Assembly: GCA_965250285.1 (NCBI GenBank) | Contig: OZ252299.1 | Location: forward strand, 1,801,222 to 1,865,221 | Source of the DNA: Myxococcota bacterium | Lineage (GTDB): Bacteria > Myxococcota_A > UBA9160 > UBA4427 | DNA: 64,000 nt | Direction: 5' to 3' | Part shown: piece by piece, positions 8,151 to 16,596 of the stretch | Layout of the letters: the number at the start of each line of letters is the position of its first letter | Position numbering within the stretch: the first letter of the stretch is position 1 | The notes under the pieces: model-generated | Told to the model about the DNA's origin: nothing | The model's database searches: none | The model's input: only the letters and a program-made list of their open reading frames with translations | Position numbers and translations under genes: made by a program

Positions 8151-8816
8151 TCAGAGTGGGCAGTGCTGGCGCAGCAGCTCATCGACGCGCTCGCCATTCA
8201 GGCTGCGGTGCTCGGCGAGCAGCTGCGACAGCTCGTCGACCGCTTCCCAGTTCGCCCGCAGCAGGCGCAGCGCCTCCTCCCAATACTCGCGGTAGAAGTG
8301 CGTCGCCTGTCGGTCGGCCCCGACCAGGCCGGCCAGGCGCTGCAGCTCGAGGCGGTCCGCCACCGCACGATCCCGCACGAACGCGGGCTCCATCTCGAGA
8401 TCGGGCGGCGCAGGCCGCGCGCGACGCGCCTCGCCCTGGGCTGCGTAGAGGCTCTCCGCAGCGAGTCCGGCGTAGGTCATCACACCGTAGGCGTCGACGA
8501 TGCCGTCGATCGAGACCGGGGCCGGCGTGCCGCGCCGCGGGACACCCGCCGGCGGTCGGCACGAGATCGGCACCGGCATGAGCGAGTAGGTCGGGATCCC
8601 CGGCTGCGCTTCGTCCATGAGCTCGAGTCCCTTCACGACGTGTTCCCCGTAGAGGAGGAAGCAGACCACCGAGTGTCCGGCCTCGTGGATGGTGCCCGCG
8701 TTGGGCGCACGGTCGATCTTCGAGGCGGGCGTCGGGGTCGGCGTGGGGGTCGAGGTCGGGCGAGCGGGAACGGCTGCGGTCACGAAAATCTCCAGGTCGA
8801 AGTGGCTCCGGCGCAC
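8151..8816 (-). CDS. stand-alone FtsH-type (peptidase M41-like) zinc metallopeptidase domain protein
   Basis: HEXXH motif in FtsH-like context (GTIHEAGHSVVCFLL). Later MTYAGLAAESLY, and a C-terminal helix bundle YWEEALRLLRANWEAVDELSQLLAEHRSLNGERVDELL resembling the FtsH protease C-terminus. No AAA+ module and no TM helix. A (TP)n linker PTSTPTPTPTPAS lies near the N-terminus. An alternative start is GTG 8783-8781, preceded by GGAG. Confidence 0.6.
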   Translation of the reverse strand: MRRSHFDLEIFVTAAVPARPTSTPTPTPTPASKIDRAPNAGTIHEAGHSVVCFLLYGEHVVKGLELMDEAQPGIPTYSLMPVPISCRPPAGVPRRGTPAPVSIDGIVDAYGVMTYAGLAAESLYAAQGEARRARPAPPDLEMEPAFVRDRAVADRLELQRLAGLVGADRQATHFYREYWEEALRLLRANWEAVDELSQLLAEHRSLNGERVDELLRQHCPL

Positions 8817-9450
8817 ACATCCCGATGTGCATCCGGGCTTTTCTCATCGTCAAACGGCGAAATCAGTTGAGCCTGCGGGGACCTCCGAGCCGCATCTCAT
8901 CCGCCTTGCGTTCAACATGCGAGGGGATCGGGCAACGCATTGTCTGCATTCCGGCCGGATCCGTGTCCGACCGCATCATCCACCCCAGCTGGCCGCATTC
9001 CGACGCATGTTCGACGCACTGCTTCATTCACCGACGTCGCGCACGGCGCGGGGCCGCCCGAGATTCGGCGACGGTCGGGACACCGCATGCGCGGTGCCCG
9101 GGTCGTGCCGCAGCGCGGCGCGGCGCGAGCGACCGCGCACGCTCGGGGCACTTGGCCAACCGGTCTCGGCAAGCGATGTCCGCGTCATCGAGCAGACGTT
9201 CGATCGTTGGCCTCGCTGCGCTCGAACGCGCGAGCGGGTCCCCGCGCCCTCGCCCCGGGGCGCGTCGGAAGCTGCGCGAGCGAACCACTCGCAGGTGCGC
9301 GGCGACCGACCATTGGCTAGCAATGGGGCGGGGAAAGCGTGCCGCGGCCGTTCGGCCGGTGGTGACGATTTCATTTCGACCCGGATCTGCCGAGCCCATG
9401 CCTCAACACATGGGAGTGTGGATCGTTCGCTATTGAGAACGGGGGAACCG

Positions 9451-10284
9451 TTGAAAGCCTTGATTCACGTCTTCGGACAGCGCGGCCGCACCGGCATCGC
9501 CGCCGGCGTCGGAGCGCTCGCACTTGCCGCCGGGGCCACCGTCGCCTCGGTCGCACTCGTGGCCGAGCCCGTCGCGGCGCAGTCGCAGACGCTCGACTCC
9601 GCGATTACGACCAACGCCGAGGGCAACGCCGGCTCCCTCGCGTCCCAGAAGCGCATCGATCAGATCGCCGATGCCACCGACGACATGGCGAGCTCGTACC
9701 GAGCGAGCCTCGAGCAGATCGAGTCGTTGCGTGTCTACAACGCGCAGCTCGAGAAGCTGATCGCCGCGCAGGAAGCCGAGCTCACCTCGCTCGACAATCA
9801 GATCGGTGAGGTCACGGTCATCGGGCGTGAGATGACGCCGCTGATGCTGCGCATGATCGACGCACTCGAAGCCTTCGTCGATGCCGACGTGCCCATGCTG
9901 CTCACCGAGCGCCGCGACCGAATCGCCGAACTGCGCGACCTGATGGATCGCGCCGACGTCGCGGACAGCGAGAAGTATCGCCGCATCACCGAGGCCTATC
10001 AGATCGAGAACGAGTACGGCCGCACGATCGAGGCCTACAACGGCGACGTCGTGATCGACGGCGAGACCCGCACCGGCGACCTGCTCCGCGTCGGCCGCAT
10101 TGCGCTGATCTACAGCGCGCTGGACGGCAGCGATGTGCGCGCGTGGGATCAGCGCCAGGGTGACTGGGTGCCGCTCGACGCCGACGCACGAGACACGATC
10201 CGCAAGGGCATCCGCATCGCCCGCAAGCAGGCCGCGCCCGACCTCGTCCGCCTGCCGATCCTGGCCCCCGAGGAGGCGAACTGA
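9451..10284 (+). CDS. DUF3450-family periplasmic coiled-coil protein (TonB2-system TtpB-like)
   Basis: The conserved DUF3450-like core RDRIAELRDLMDRADVADSEKYRRITEAYQIENEYGRTIEAY is recognised from memory of the family. Signal-peptide-like GIAAGVGALALAAGATVASVALVAEPVAAQ. Start set at TTG 9451. The track ORF extends to 8689, but that part translates to R/P/G-rich non-coding-looking sequence. The stop overlaps the next start (TGATG at 10282-10286). Confidence 0.75.
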   Translation: MKALIHVFGQRGRTGIAAGVGALALAAGATVASVALVAEPVAAQSQTLDSAITTNAEGNAGSLASQKRIDQIADATDDMASSYRASLEQIESLRVYNAQLEKLIAAQEAELTSLDNQIGEVTVIGREMTPLMLRMIDALEAFVDADVPMLLTERRDRIAELRDLMDRADVADSEKYRRITEAYQIENEYGRTIEAYNGDVVIDGETRTGDLLRVGRIALIYSALDGSDVRAWDQRQGDWVPLDADARDTIRKGIRIARKQAAPDLVRLPILAPEEAN

Positions 10285-11678
10285 TGTCCCGCTCCACCCA
10301 GCTCATCGTGGCCCTGCTGGCCGCGGTCATGGTCGCGCTCGCGCCCACGGCCGTCGTCTTCGCCCAGGCCGATCAGAAGCTCACCCTCGACGAGCTGCTC
10401 GCGAAGGTGAAGGAAGGCTGGCGCGCCGAGCGCGCCGCCAATCGTCAGCGTGAGGCCGAGTTCAAGGCCGACCGCGCCAACCAGAAGCAGCTCTTGCAGC
10501 AGGCGCTCGCGACCCAGGCCAAGGAAGAGGACCGCAGCGCCGAGCTCGAGGACCTCTTCGCCGCCAACGAGGTGCGCATCGCCGAGCAGGAGAAGGCCCT
10601 GCAAGAGAAGCTCGGCAGCCTCGGCGAACTCTTCGGCGTCGTGCGGCAGGTCGCGGGTGATACCAAGAGCCAGGTCGAGAACTCGATCATCAGCTCGGAG
10701 TTCCCCGACCGGCAGGCCTTCCTCGACCGACTCGGACAGAGCAAGAAGCTGCCCCAGCTCGAAGACCTCGAAGGTCTCTGGTACGCGCTGCAGCAGGAGA
10801 TGACCGAGCAGAGCAAGGTCGTGCGCTACAACGCGCCGGTCGTGCTCTCGTCGGGCGAGGAATCCGAGCTCGAGGTCGTCCGCATCGGCGCGTTCAACGC
10901 CGTCGCCGACGGCAAGTACCTGACCTGGCAGGACCAGGTGCAGCGACTCGCCGAGATCGGTCGCCAGCCGGCCGCGAAGTACGTCGACACCATCGGGCCC
11001 TTCGTCGCCACGACCACGGGCTTCGCCGAGTTCGCCGTCGACCCCTCGCGCGGCACGATCCTCTCGCTGCTCGTCGATACGCCGACGTTCCGCGAACGCC
11101 TCGAGTTCGGCGGCGTGGTCGGCATGATCATCATCATCCTCGGCAGCTTGACCTTCCTGCTGGCGGTGGTGCGGACGGTCATGATCTTCATCGTCAGCCG
11201 GAAGGTCGCCGCGCAGAAGAAGACGTCGACGCCGAACAAGGGCAACCCGCTCGGTCGACTGCTCCAGGTCTACGCCGACAACCGCAACGTCGACACCGAG
11301 ACCCTCGAGCTGAAGCTCGAAGAGGGCCTGTTGCGCGAGACGGCCAGCCTCGAGCGCTTCCTGTGGCTCATCAAGGTCGTTTCGGCGGTCGCCCCGCTGC
11401 TCGGCCTGCTCGGTACGGTCACCGGCATGATCAACACCTTCCAGATCATCACGCTGTACGGCACCGGTGATCCGAAGATGATGGCGGGTGGTATCTCTGA
11501 GGCCCTGGTCACGACGATGCTCGGCCTGTACGCGGCGATCCCGCTGGTGCTGATGCACAGCGTCGTGTCGAGCCTGTCGACGGGCGTGACCAACGTCCTC
11601 GAGGAGCAGACCACGGGCCTGATCGCCCAGCAGTCCGAGGCCGAAGTGCCCGCGACGCCTCGGCCGGTCGAAGGCTGA
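10284..11678 (+). CDS. large MotA/TolQ/ExbB-family protein with periplasmic coiled-coil N-domain (TtpC-like)
   Basis: 464 aa. Signal peptide LIVALLAAVMVALAPTAVVFAQA, a long periplasmic coiled-coil region, then a TolQ/ExbB core with APLLGLLGTVTGMINTF and GISEALVTTMLGLYAAIPLVL. Confidence 0.85.
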   Translation: MSRSTQLIVALLAAVMVALAPTAVVFAQADQKLTLDELLAKVKEGWRAERAANRQREAEFKADRANQKQLLQQALATQAKEEDRSAELEDLFAANEVRIAEQEKALQEKLGSLGELFGVVRQVAGDTKSQVENSIISSEFPDRQAFLDRLGQSKKLPQLEDLEGLWYALQQEMTEQSKVVRYNAPVVLSSGEESELEVVRIGAFNAVADGKYLTWQDQVQRLAEIGRQPAAKYVDTIGPFVATTTGFAEFAVDPSRGTILSLLVDTPTFRERLEFGGVVGMIIIILGSLTFLLAVVRTVMIFIVSRKVAAQKKTSTPNKGNPLGRLLQVYADNRNVDTETLELKLEEGLLRETASLERFLWLIKVVSAVAPLLGLLGTVTGMINTFQIITLYGTGDPKMMAGGISEALVTTMLGLYAAIPLVLMHSVVSSLSTGVTNVLEEQTTGLIAQQSEAEVPATPRPVEG

Positions 11679-11701
11679 GACGGGGAGCGGAGACAGCGAC
11701 C

Positions 11702-12217
11702 ATGGACATGATTCTCGAGCCCATCGGCGACTTCATGACTGCGGGCGGCGACGTGCTGAAGCTCATCTTCGCCGTCACGCTGGCCATGTGGACGCTGATC
11801 CTCGAGCGCACCTGGTACTACCGCCTTCAGCTCCCGAAGGAGCTGAAGGTGGTGCTCGAGAAGTGGAACGCTCGAGAGGATCAGACCAGCTGGGGCGCGC
11901 ATCAGATCCGGGATCTGTACATCTCGGAGACCTCGATCAACGTGAATCGCAGTCTGCCGATGATCGCGACCCTCGTGGCCGTGTGTCCGCTGCTGGGGCT
12001 GCTCGGCACGGTGACGGGGATGATCGAGGTCTTCGACGTGATGGCGGCCGCGGGCAACAGCAACCCGCGCGCCATGGCGTCGGGTGTCTCGAAGGCCACG
12101 ATCCCGACGATGTCGGGTCTTCTCGCGGCCCTCTCCGGCCTCTACTTCTCGGTCCAGCTCAAACGCTATGCGAACAAACAGACCGATCAGCTCAGCGAGC
12201 ACCTGATCCACAGGTAA
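11702..12217 (+). CDS. exbB: ExbB/TolQ-type proton channel subunit
   Basis: 171 aa. CPLLGLLGTVTGMIEVF and GVSKATIPTMSGLLAALSGLYF are typical ExbB/TolQ signatures. It lies directly upstream of exbD-tonB. Confidence 0.85.
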   Translation: MDMILEPIGDFMTAGGDVLKLIFAVTLAMWTLILERTWYYRLQLPKELKVVLEKWNAREDQTSWGAHQIRDLYISETSINVNRSLPMIATLVAVCPLLGLLGTVTGMIEVFDVMAAAGNSNPRAMASGVSKATIPTMSGLLAALSGLYFSVQLKRYANKQTDQLSEHLIHR

Positions 12218-12271
12218 GCCCCTTCGAACCGAATGCGGCTCACTTCGAGTGAGCGAGAGTCAGGGACGAAC

Positions 12272-12676
12272 ATGCGCCGTAGACGAACGCGAGAGCAGGA
12301 AGAGAGCGAGATCGACATCACCCCGATGCTCGATGTCGTCTTCATCATGCTCATCTTCTTCATCGTGACCGCCAGCTTCGTGAAAGAGGCCGGCATCGAC
12401 GTGAACCGCCCCGACGCCTCGACCGCCGAGGTGAAGGAGCGCGGCAACATTCTCGTCGCCATTACCGAGAACAATCAGGTCTGGATCGACCGTCGCCAGG
12501 TCGACGTACGCTCGGTGCGGGCCAACATCGAGCGGCTCCGAGCGGAGAATCCCGAGGGTGCGGTCGTCGTCCAGGCAGACAAGAACTCGAAGAACGGGCT
12601 TCTGGTCAAGGTGATGGATGCGGCACGGCTGGCCGGCGTCGAGAACGTGTCGCTCGCCGCGACCCAAACGGAGTAG
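12272..12676 (+). CDS. exbD: ExbD/TolR-type biopolymer transport protein
   Basis: MRRRRTREQEESEIDITPMLDVVFIMLIFFIVTASF is the canonical ExbD N-terminus with the TM Asp. The C-terminus reads AVVVQADKNSKNGLLVKVMDAARLAGVENVSL. Start trimmed to ATG 12272 (track 12233). Confidence 0.9.
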   Translation: MRRRRTREQEESEIDITPMLDVVFIMLIFFIVTASFVKEAGIDVNRPDASTAEVKERGNILVAITENNQVWIDRRQVDVRSVRANIERLRAENPEGAVVVQADKNSKNGLLVKVMDAARLAGVENVSLAATQTE

Positions 12677-12685
12677 CGCTCCAGA

Positions 12686-13294
12686 ATGGCCATCCGCAGC
12701 GTCAGCGCTTTCCTGCTCGCCATGGGCATCACCATGGGGCTGTTCTTTCTCATGCAGTCGCTGATCTCGCAGGATCCGAGCGTCGGCGAAAAGCGCAAGA
12801 ACAAGTCGATCGAGTTCGTCCGAATCAAGCGAGAATCGACGCTTCAGGAGAAAGAGCGCAAGCTCCCCGACAAGCCCAAGAAGGAAGAGCCGCCGCCGCC
12901 CCCGCAGCTCGATTTCTCGACGCCGGACGACGCAGCGGGCGAGACCATGTCGATCGCGGCGTCGGGCATCGACACGGGTGTCAGCCTCGGCACGGGCATG
13001 GGCGGCCTCGCCACCGCCGACAGCGACGTCGCGCCGATGGTGCGCGTGCTCCCGCAGTACCCCGCTCGCGCCCAGGAGCGTGGCATCGAGGGCTACGTGA
13101 TCGTCGAGTTCACCATCGCCGTTGACGGGACAGTGAAGGACGCCATCGTCCTCGACTCGCAGCCCTCGAAGATCTTCGATCGCGCGGCCCTGCGCGCCAT
13201 TCGCAAGTGGAAGTACAAGCCCAAGGTCGAAGACGGCCAGGCCGTCGAGCGATCGGGCGTTCGCGTGCGCATGCCGTTCGAGCTCGAGAAGTAG
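12686..13294 (+). CDS. tonB: TonB-family energy transducer
   Basis: N-terminal TM anchor, a Pro/Lys/Glu-rich spacer (KPKKEEPPPPPQ), and a TonB C-terminal domain (PQYPARAQERGIEGYVIVEFTIAVDGTVKDAIVLDSQPSKIFDRAALRAIRKWKYKP). Confidence 0.9.
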   Translation: MAIRSVSAFLLAMGITMGLFFLMQSLISQDPSVGEKRKNKSIEFVRIKRESTLQEKERKLPDKPKKEEPPPPPQLDFSTPDDAAGETMSIAASGIDTGVSLGTGMGGLATADSDVAPMVRVLPQYPARAQERGIEGYVIVEFTIAVDGTVKDAIVLDSQPSKIFDRAALRAIRKWKYKPKVEDGQAVERSGVRVRMPFELEK

Positions 13295-13318
13295 GAAAGA
13301 ACGTTCGGAGGACTCCCC

Positions 13319-14680
13319 ATGTCCATCGCATCCATGAAGTCGACTCACTCATTCCGCCGCATCGCCGCCCTCCTCACGATGGTGGCTTTCGTCTGCACCC
13401 TTCCGCTCGCCGCGCTGGCCCAGGACGACGCCGCGCCGAAAAAGAAGCGGAAGAAAGAGAAGACGTACACGATGCAGCCGACGACGATGAAGAAGTTGGC
13501 GAAGTTCTACGAGTACGCCGAAGAGGAAGACTTCGACAGCGCCCTCGACGTGCTGATCTCTCTTGCGAAGCGCAAGAGCCTGAAGAAGCACGATCGCGCC
13601 ATGGTCTATCAGTTCATGGGCTTCATGTACGCCCAGAAGGAAGACTACGGCAGGGCAACGAAGGCGATGGAGCGCGCGCTCAAGCAGAACGCGCTGCCCT
13701 TCTCGACGACACAACAGGTCAAATTCGCGCTCGGTCAGCTCTACATGGCCGAAGACCGCATGGATGACGCGATCGTCGTGCTTCAGGACTGGTACGACCA
13801 GGAGGAGGAGCCCGGCGCCGACGCCAACTTCAGGCTGGCCGCGGCGTATATGGCCACCGAACAGTTCGCGAAGGCGCTGCCCTACGCCCGCAAGTCCGTG
13901 GCCATGTCGACGGAGGAGCCGAAAGAGCGCTTCCTCGCAGTCAACCTGATGACCGAGTTCCAGCTCGGCAACTTCATGGAGAGCCTCGAGCTCTTGAAGG
14001 TGCTCGCGAGCTACTTTCCCAAGAAGCGCTACTACACGCAGCTCGCGTTCGGCTACACCGAGCTCGGCGAGATGGAGACGGCGCTGGCCGTTCTGCAGCT
14101 GGCCTACGCCGAGGGCTGGCTCGACAAGGAGAGCGAGCTGCTGAGCCTGGCGCAGCGCCTCTATTCGGCCGATCTGCCCTACCAGGCCTCGCTCGTGATC
14201 AGCAAGGGCATCGACGACGAGATCATCGAGCCCACCGAGAAGAACCTCGAGTTCCTCTCGAGTGCCCTGCTCTCGGCCCGAGAGTACGAGGAGAGCCTCG
14301 AGCCCCTCGAGCAGGCCGCCGAGATCTCCGACAGTGGCGACCTGTACGTCCGCCTCGCCCAGGTGCACCTGCAGGTCGAACGCTGGCCGGCCGCTCAGCA
14401 GGCCCTCGAGAAGGCCGTGCAGAAGGGCGAACTCGACGACGCCGGCCGGGCCCAGCTGCTGCTCGGCATCACCCAGTTCAACCAGAAGCGCTACCAGTCG
14501 GCCCGCGCCGCCTTTGGGCGAGCCGCCAAGGACGAAAACCTGGCCGCCAGCGCGAACCAGTGGATCGAGCACACCGATCGGCAGATCGCGATTGCCGAGC
14601 TCGAAGCGCAGCAGCAGGCTGACGCCGAGCAGCGTCGGGCGGAGGCCGAGGCCGGCAAGTCGGCCTTCGAGCAGCTCTAG
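13319..14680 (+). CDS. secreted TPR-repeat protein (TonB2-system TtpD-like)
   Basis: 453 aa. Signal peptide IAALLTMVAFVCTLPLAALAQ. Repeated TPR-like A/Y/L-patterned helices throughout. It occupies the last position of a TonB2-type cluster. Confidence 0.7.
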   Translation: MSIASMKSTHSFRRIAALLTMVAFVCTLPLAALAQDDAAPKKKRKKEKTYTMQPTTMKKLAKFYEYAEEEDFDSALDVLISLAKRKSLKKHDRAMVYQFMGFMYAQKEDYGRATKAMERALKQNALPFSTTQQVKFALGQLYMAEDRMDDAIVVLQDWYDQEEEPGADANFRLAAAYMATEQFAKALPYARKSVAMSTEEPKERFLAVNLMTEFQLGNFMESLELLKVLASYFPKKRYYTQLAFGYTELGEMETALAVLQLAYAEGWLDKESELLSLAQRLYSADLPYQASLVISKGIDDEIIEPTEKNLEFLSSALLSAREYEESLEPLEQAAEISDSGDLYVRLAQVHLQVERWPAAQQALEKAVQKGELDDAGRAQLLLGITQFNQKRYQSARAAFGRAAKDENLAASANQWIEHTDRQIAIAELEAQQQADAEQRRAEAEAGKSAFEQL

Positions 14681-14754
14681 CGCGCGCGTCCCTGCGCGAC
14701 CGTCCCCTTCCTCCACGCGTGATCCGCGCGAGCGGGTGAAGGGACCGGTGTGCC

Positions 14755-15717
14755 ATGCTCTCGAGCATGGACACCCGCGGCGGCGACCCGACTCTCGAAG
14801 ACCTCGGCCAGGGCAACTGGGCCTACCTGCAGCCCGATGGTTCCTGGGGCTACAGCAACGCCGGCTTGATCAGCGACGGCGAGGCGTCTCTGCTCGTCGA
14901 CACCCTCTTCGATCTGCCCCACACCGACCGCATGCTGGCCCGCCTGCGGGACGCGTGTCCGGCCGCCGCGTCGATCGAGACCGTCGTGAACACGCATGCG
15001 AACGGCGATCACTGCTACGGCAACCAGCTGCTACCCGAAGCCCGGGTCGTCGCCTCGAAGGCCAGTGCCGAAGAGATGAGCGAGCTCCCGCCGGCCACGC
15101 TCGCGGCGTTCCTCGAGAACGCGGAGGCGCTCGGCCCGGCCGGCCTCTTCTTCAAGCAGTGTTTCTCGCCCTTCGACTTTCGAAACATCGAGCTTTCGCC
15201 CCCCGATGAGACGTTCTCGGGCGAGCTCGAACTCAAGGTCGGCGACAAGCGCGTCCGGCTGATCGAGGTGGGGCCCGCCCACACGAAGGGCGACGTGCTC
15301 GTCGAAGCGCCCGACGACGGCGTCGTCTATACGGGCGACATCTTGTTCATCGAGGGCACCCCGATCATCTGGGAAGGCCCGGTGCAGAACTGGATCGACG
15401 CGTGCGACCGAATCCTCGCGATGAATGCCAAGACGATCGTGCCCGGGCACGGGCCGCTCACAGACGCGGCGGGCGTGAATGGCGTCCGCGACTACCTCGT
15501 CTGGGTGCGCGACGAGGCGCGAGCGCGCTTCGACGCCGGTGTGCCGGTGCGCGATGCGATTCGCGACATCGGCTTCGGCGCGTTCAGCGGCTGGCTCGAT
15601 CGCGAACGCCTCGCGGTGAACGTCTCGACGCTCTACCGCGAGTTCGGTGACCCGGCCGAAGCGCCGAACGCCATCGAGCTCTTTGGCATGATGGCCGAGC
15701 TCGCAGGGGTCGAGTAG
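14755..15717 (+). CDS. MBL-fold metallo-hydrolase
   Basis: 320 aa. Metal-binding motif VVNTHANGDHCYGN (H-x-[HN]-x-D-H type), then later HTKGD and VPGHGP, typical of the metallo-beta-lactamase fold. Confidence 0.8.
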   Translation: MLSSMDTRGGDPTLEDLGQGNWAYLQPDGSWGYSNAGLISDGEASLLVDTLFDLPHTDRMLARLRDACPAAASIETVVNTHANGDHCYGNQLLPEARVVASKASAEEMSELPPATLAAFLENAEALGPAGLFFKQCFSPFDFRNIELSPPDETFSGELELKVGDKRVRLIEVGPAHTKGDVLVEAPDDGVVYTGDILFIEGTPIIWEGPVQNWIDACDRILAMNAKTIVPGHGPLTDAAGVNGVRDYLVWVRDEARARFDAGVPVRDAIRDIGFGAFSGWLDRERLAVNVSTLYREFGDPAEAPNAIELFGMMAELAGVE

Positions 15718-15729
15718 CGCGGGCAGCCC

Positions 15730-16542
15730 TCACACCGAGAACAGCACCGGATTGAGGCGACTCGCCGCCAGCTCGCCCGGCTCGCAGCCGGGCAGCCAGA
15801 CGTCGCGGTCGAAGCGACGACTCGCGTGATCGAGCGGCGTCACGCGCGCGCCGTCCGCGAAGTAGATCACCGTCATCACCTCTCGCATCCGATCCGTCTG
15901 GTTGCCTGGAGCACGGTGAAGCGTCCAACCGCTGTGAAACGTGACGTCACCCGCTGCGAATGCGCCGTAGTCGGCGACCTCGAAGCCCTGCTCGGCCACG
16001 CAGTCACCGAGCGCACGCTCCGAGGCGTCGCCGATCGCGTGATCCCCCAGGCTCCCCCGTCGGTGCGAGCCCGATGCGAACTGCATCGGGCCCATCTCGG
16101 CGGAGACATCGACGAGCGGCATCCACATCGTGATCGTCTTGTCGGTGTCGAGGGGCCAGTAGAACTGGTCCTGGTGCCAAGGCGTGAAGCCCCCGCCCGG
16201 CTCCTTGAAGAGCGCCTGGTCGTGGTAGAGGCGCACCCCGTCGACGCCCAGCAGAGCGGCGGCGACCGACGCAAAGCGGCGCGCGAACACGAAGGCGCGC
16301 GCCTCGTCGTCGTGGGTCCAGAGGTTGAACATCTGCACGAACGCCCGACCGTAGACATCGCGCTCCTCGAGAGGCCGGTGGTCGTAGCGGCCCTTCGGTG
16401 CGGCGCGCAGCAGCCCCGGACGGTACGCCGCCACCTCTTCGGGTGAAGCGAGGCCGCGCACGACCGCGTGGCCGTGCTCGCGAAAGCCCTGGGCGATGGG
16501 TTCGGACACCTCGAAGCGGTCATCGAGATCGGGCAGCGGCAT
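15730..16542 (-). CDS. phytanoyl-CoA dioxygenase (PhyH) family Fe(II)/2-oxoglutarate oxygenase
   Basis: 270 aa. FTPWHQDQFYWPLD (the H-x-D of the facial triad) and later VTFHSGWTLHRAPGN, typical of the PhyH family. Confidence 0.8.
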   Translation of the reverse strand: MPLPDLDDRFEVSEPIAQGFREHGHAVVRGLASPEEVAAYRPGLLRAAPKGRYDHRPLEERDVYGRAFVQMFNLWTHDDEARAFVFARRFASVAAALLGVDGVRLYHDQALFKEPGGGFTPWHQDQFYWPLDTDKTITMWMPLVDVSAEMGPMQFASGSHRRGSLGDHAIGDASERALGDCVAEQGFEVADYGAFAAGDVTFHSGWTLHRAPGNQTDRMREVMTVIYFADGARVTPLDHASRRFDRDVWLPGCEPGELAASRLNPVLFSV

Positions 16543-16596
16543 GCCTCCGGCTCCTCCCTTGCGACGAGCGAGCTTCCGTTCGGCCCTTCGGCGCGT

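Noticed and set aside
8179-8853. 224-aa alternative-frame ORF overlapping the M41-like peptidase gene
   Set aside because: It is on the same strand in a different frame. Its product is Arg/Pro/Gly-rich, whereas the 8151-8816 frame carries HEAGH and the FtsH-like C-terminal helices.
8817-9450. Fur box or cobalamin riboswitch upstream of the TonB2 cluster
   Set aside because: I found no 19-bp GATAATGATAATCATTATC-like dyad and no B12-box-like core by eye. The AT-richer patches are too short and degenerate to call. This is left as an open check, not a feature.
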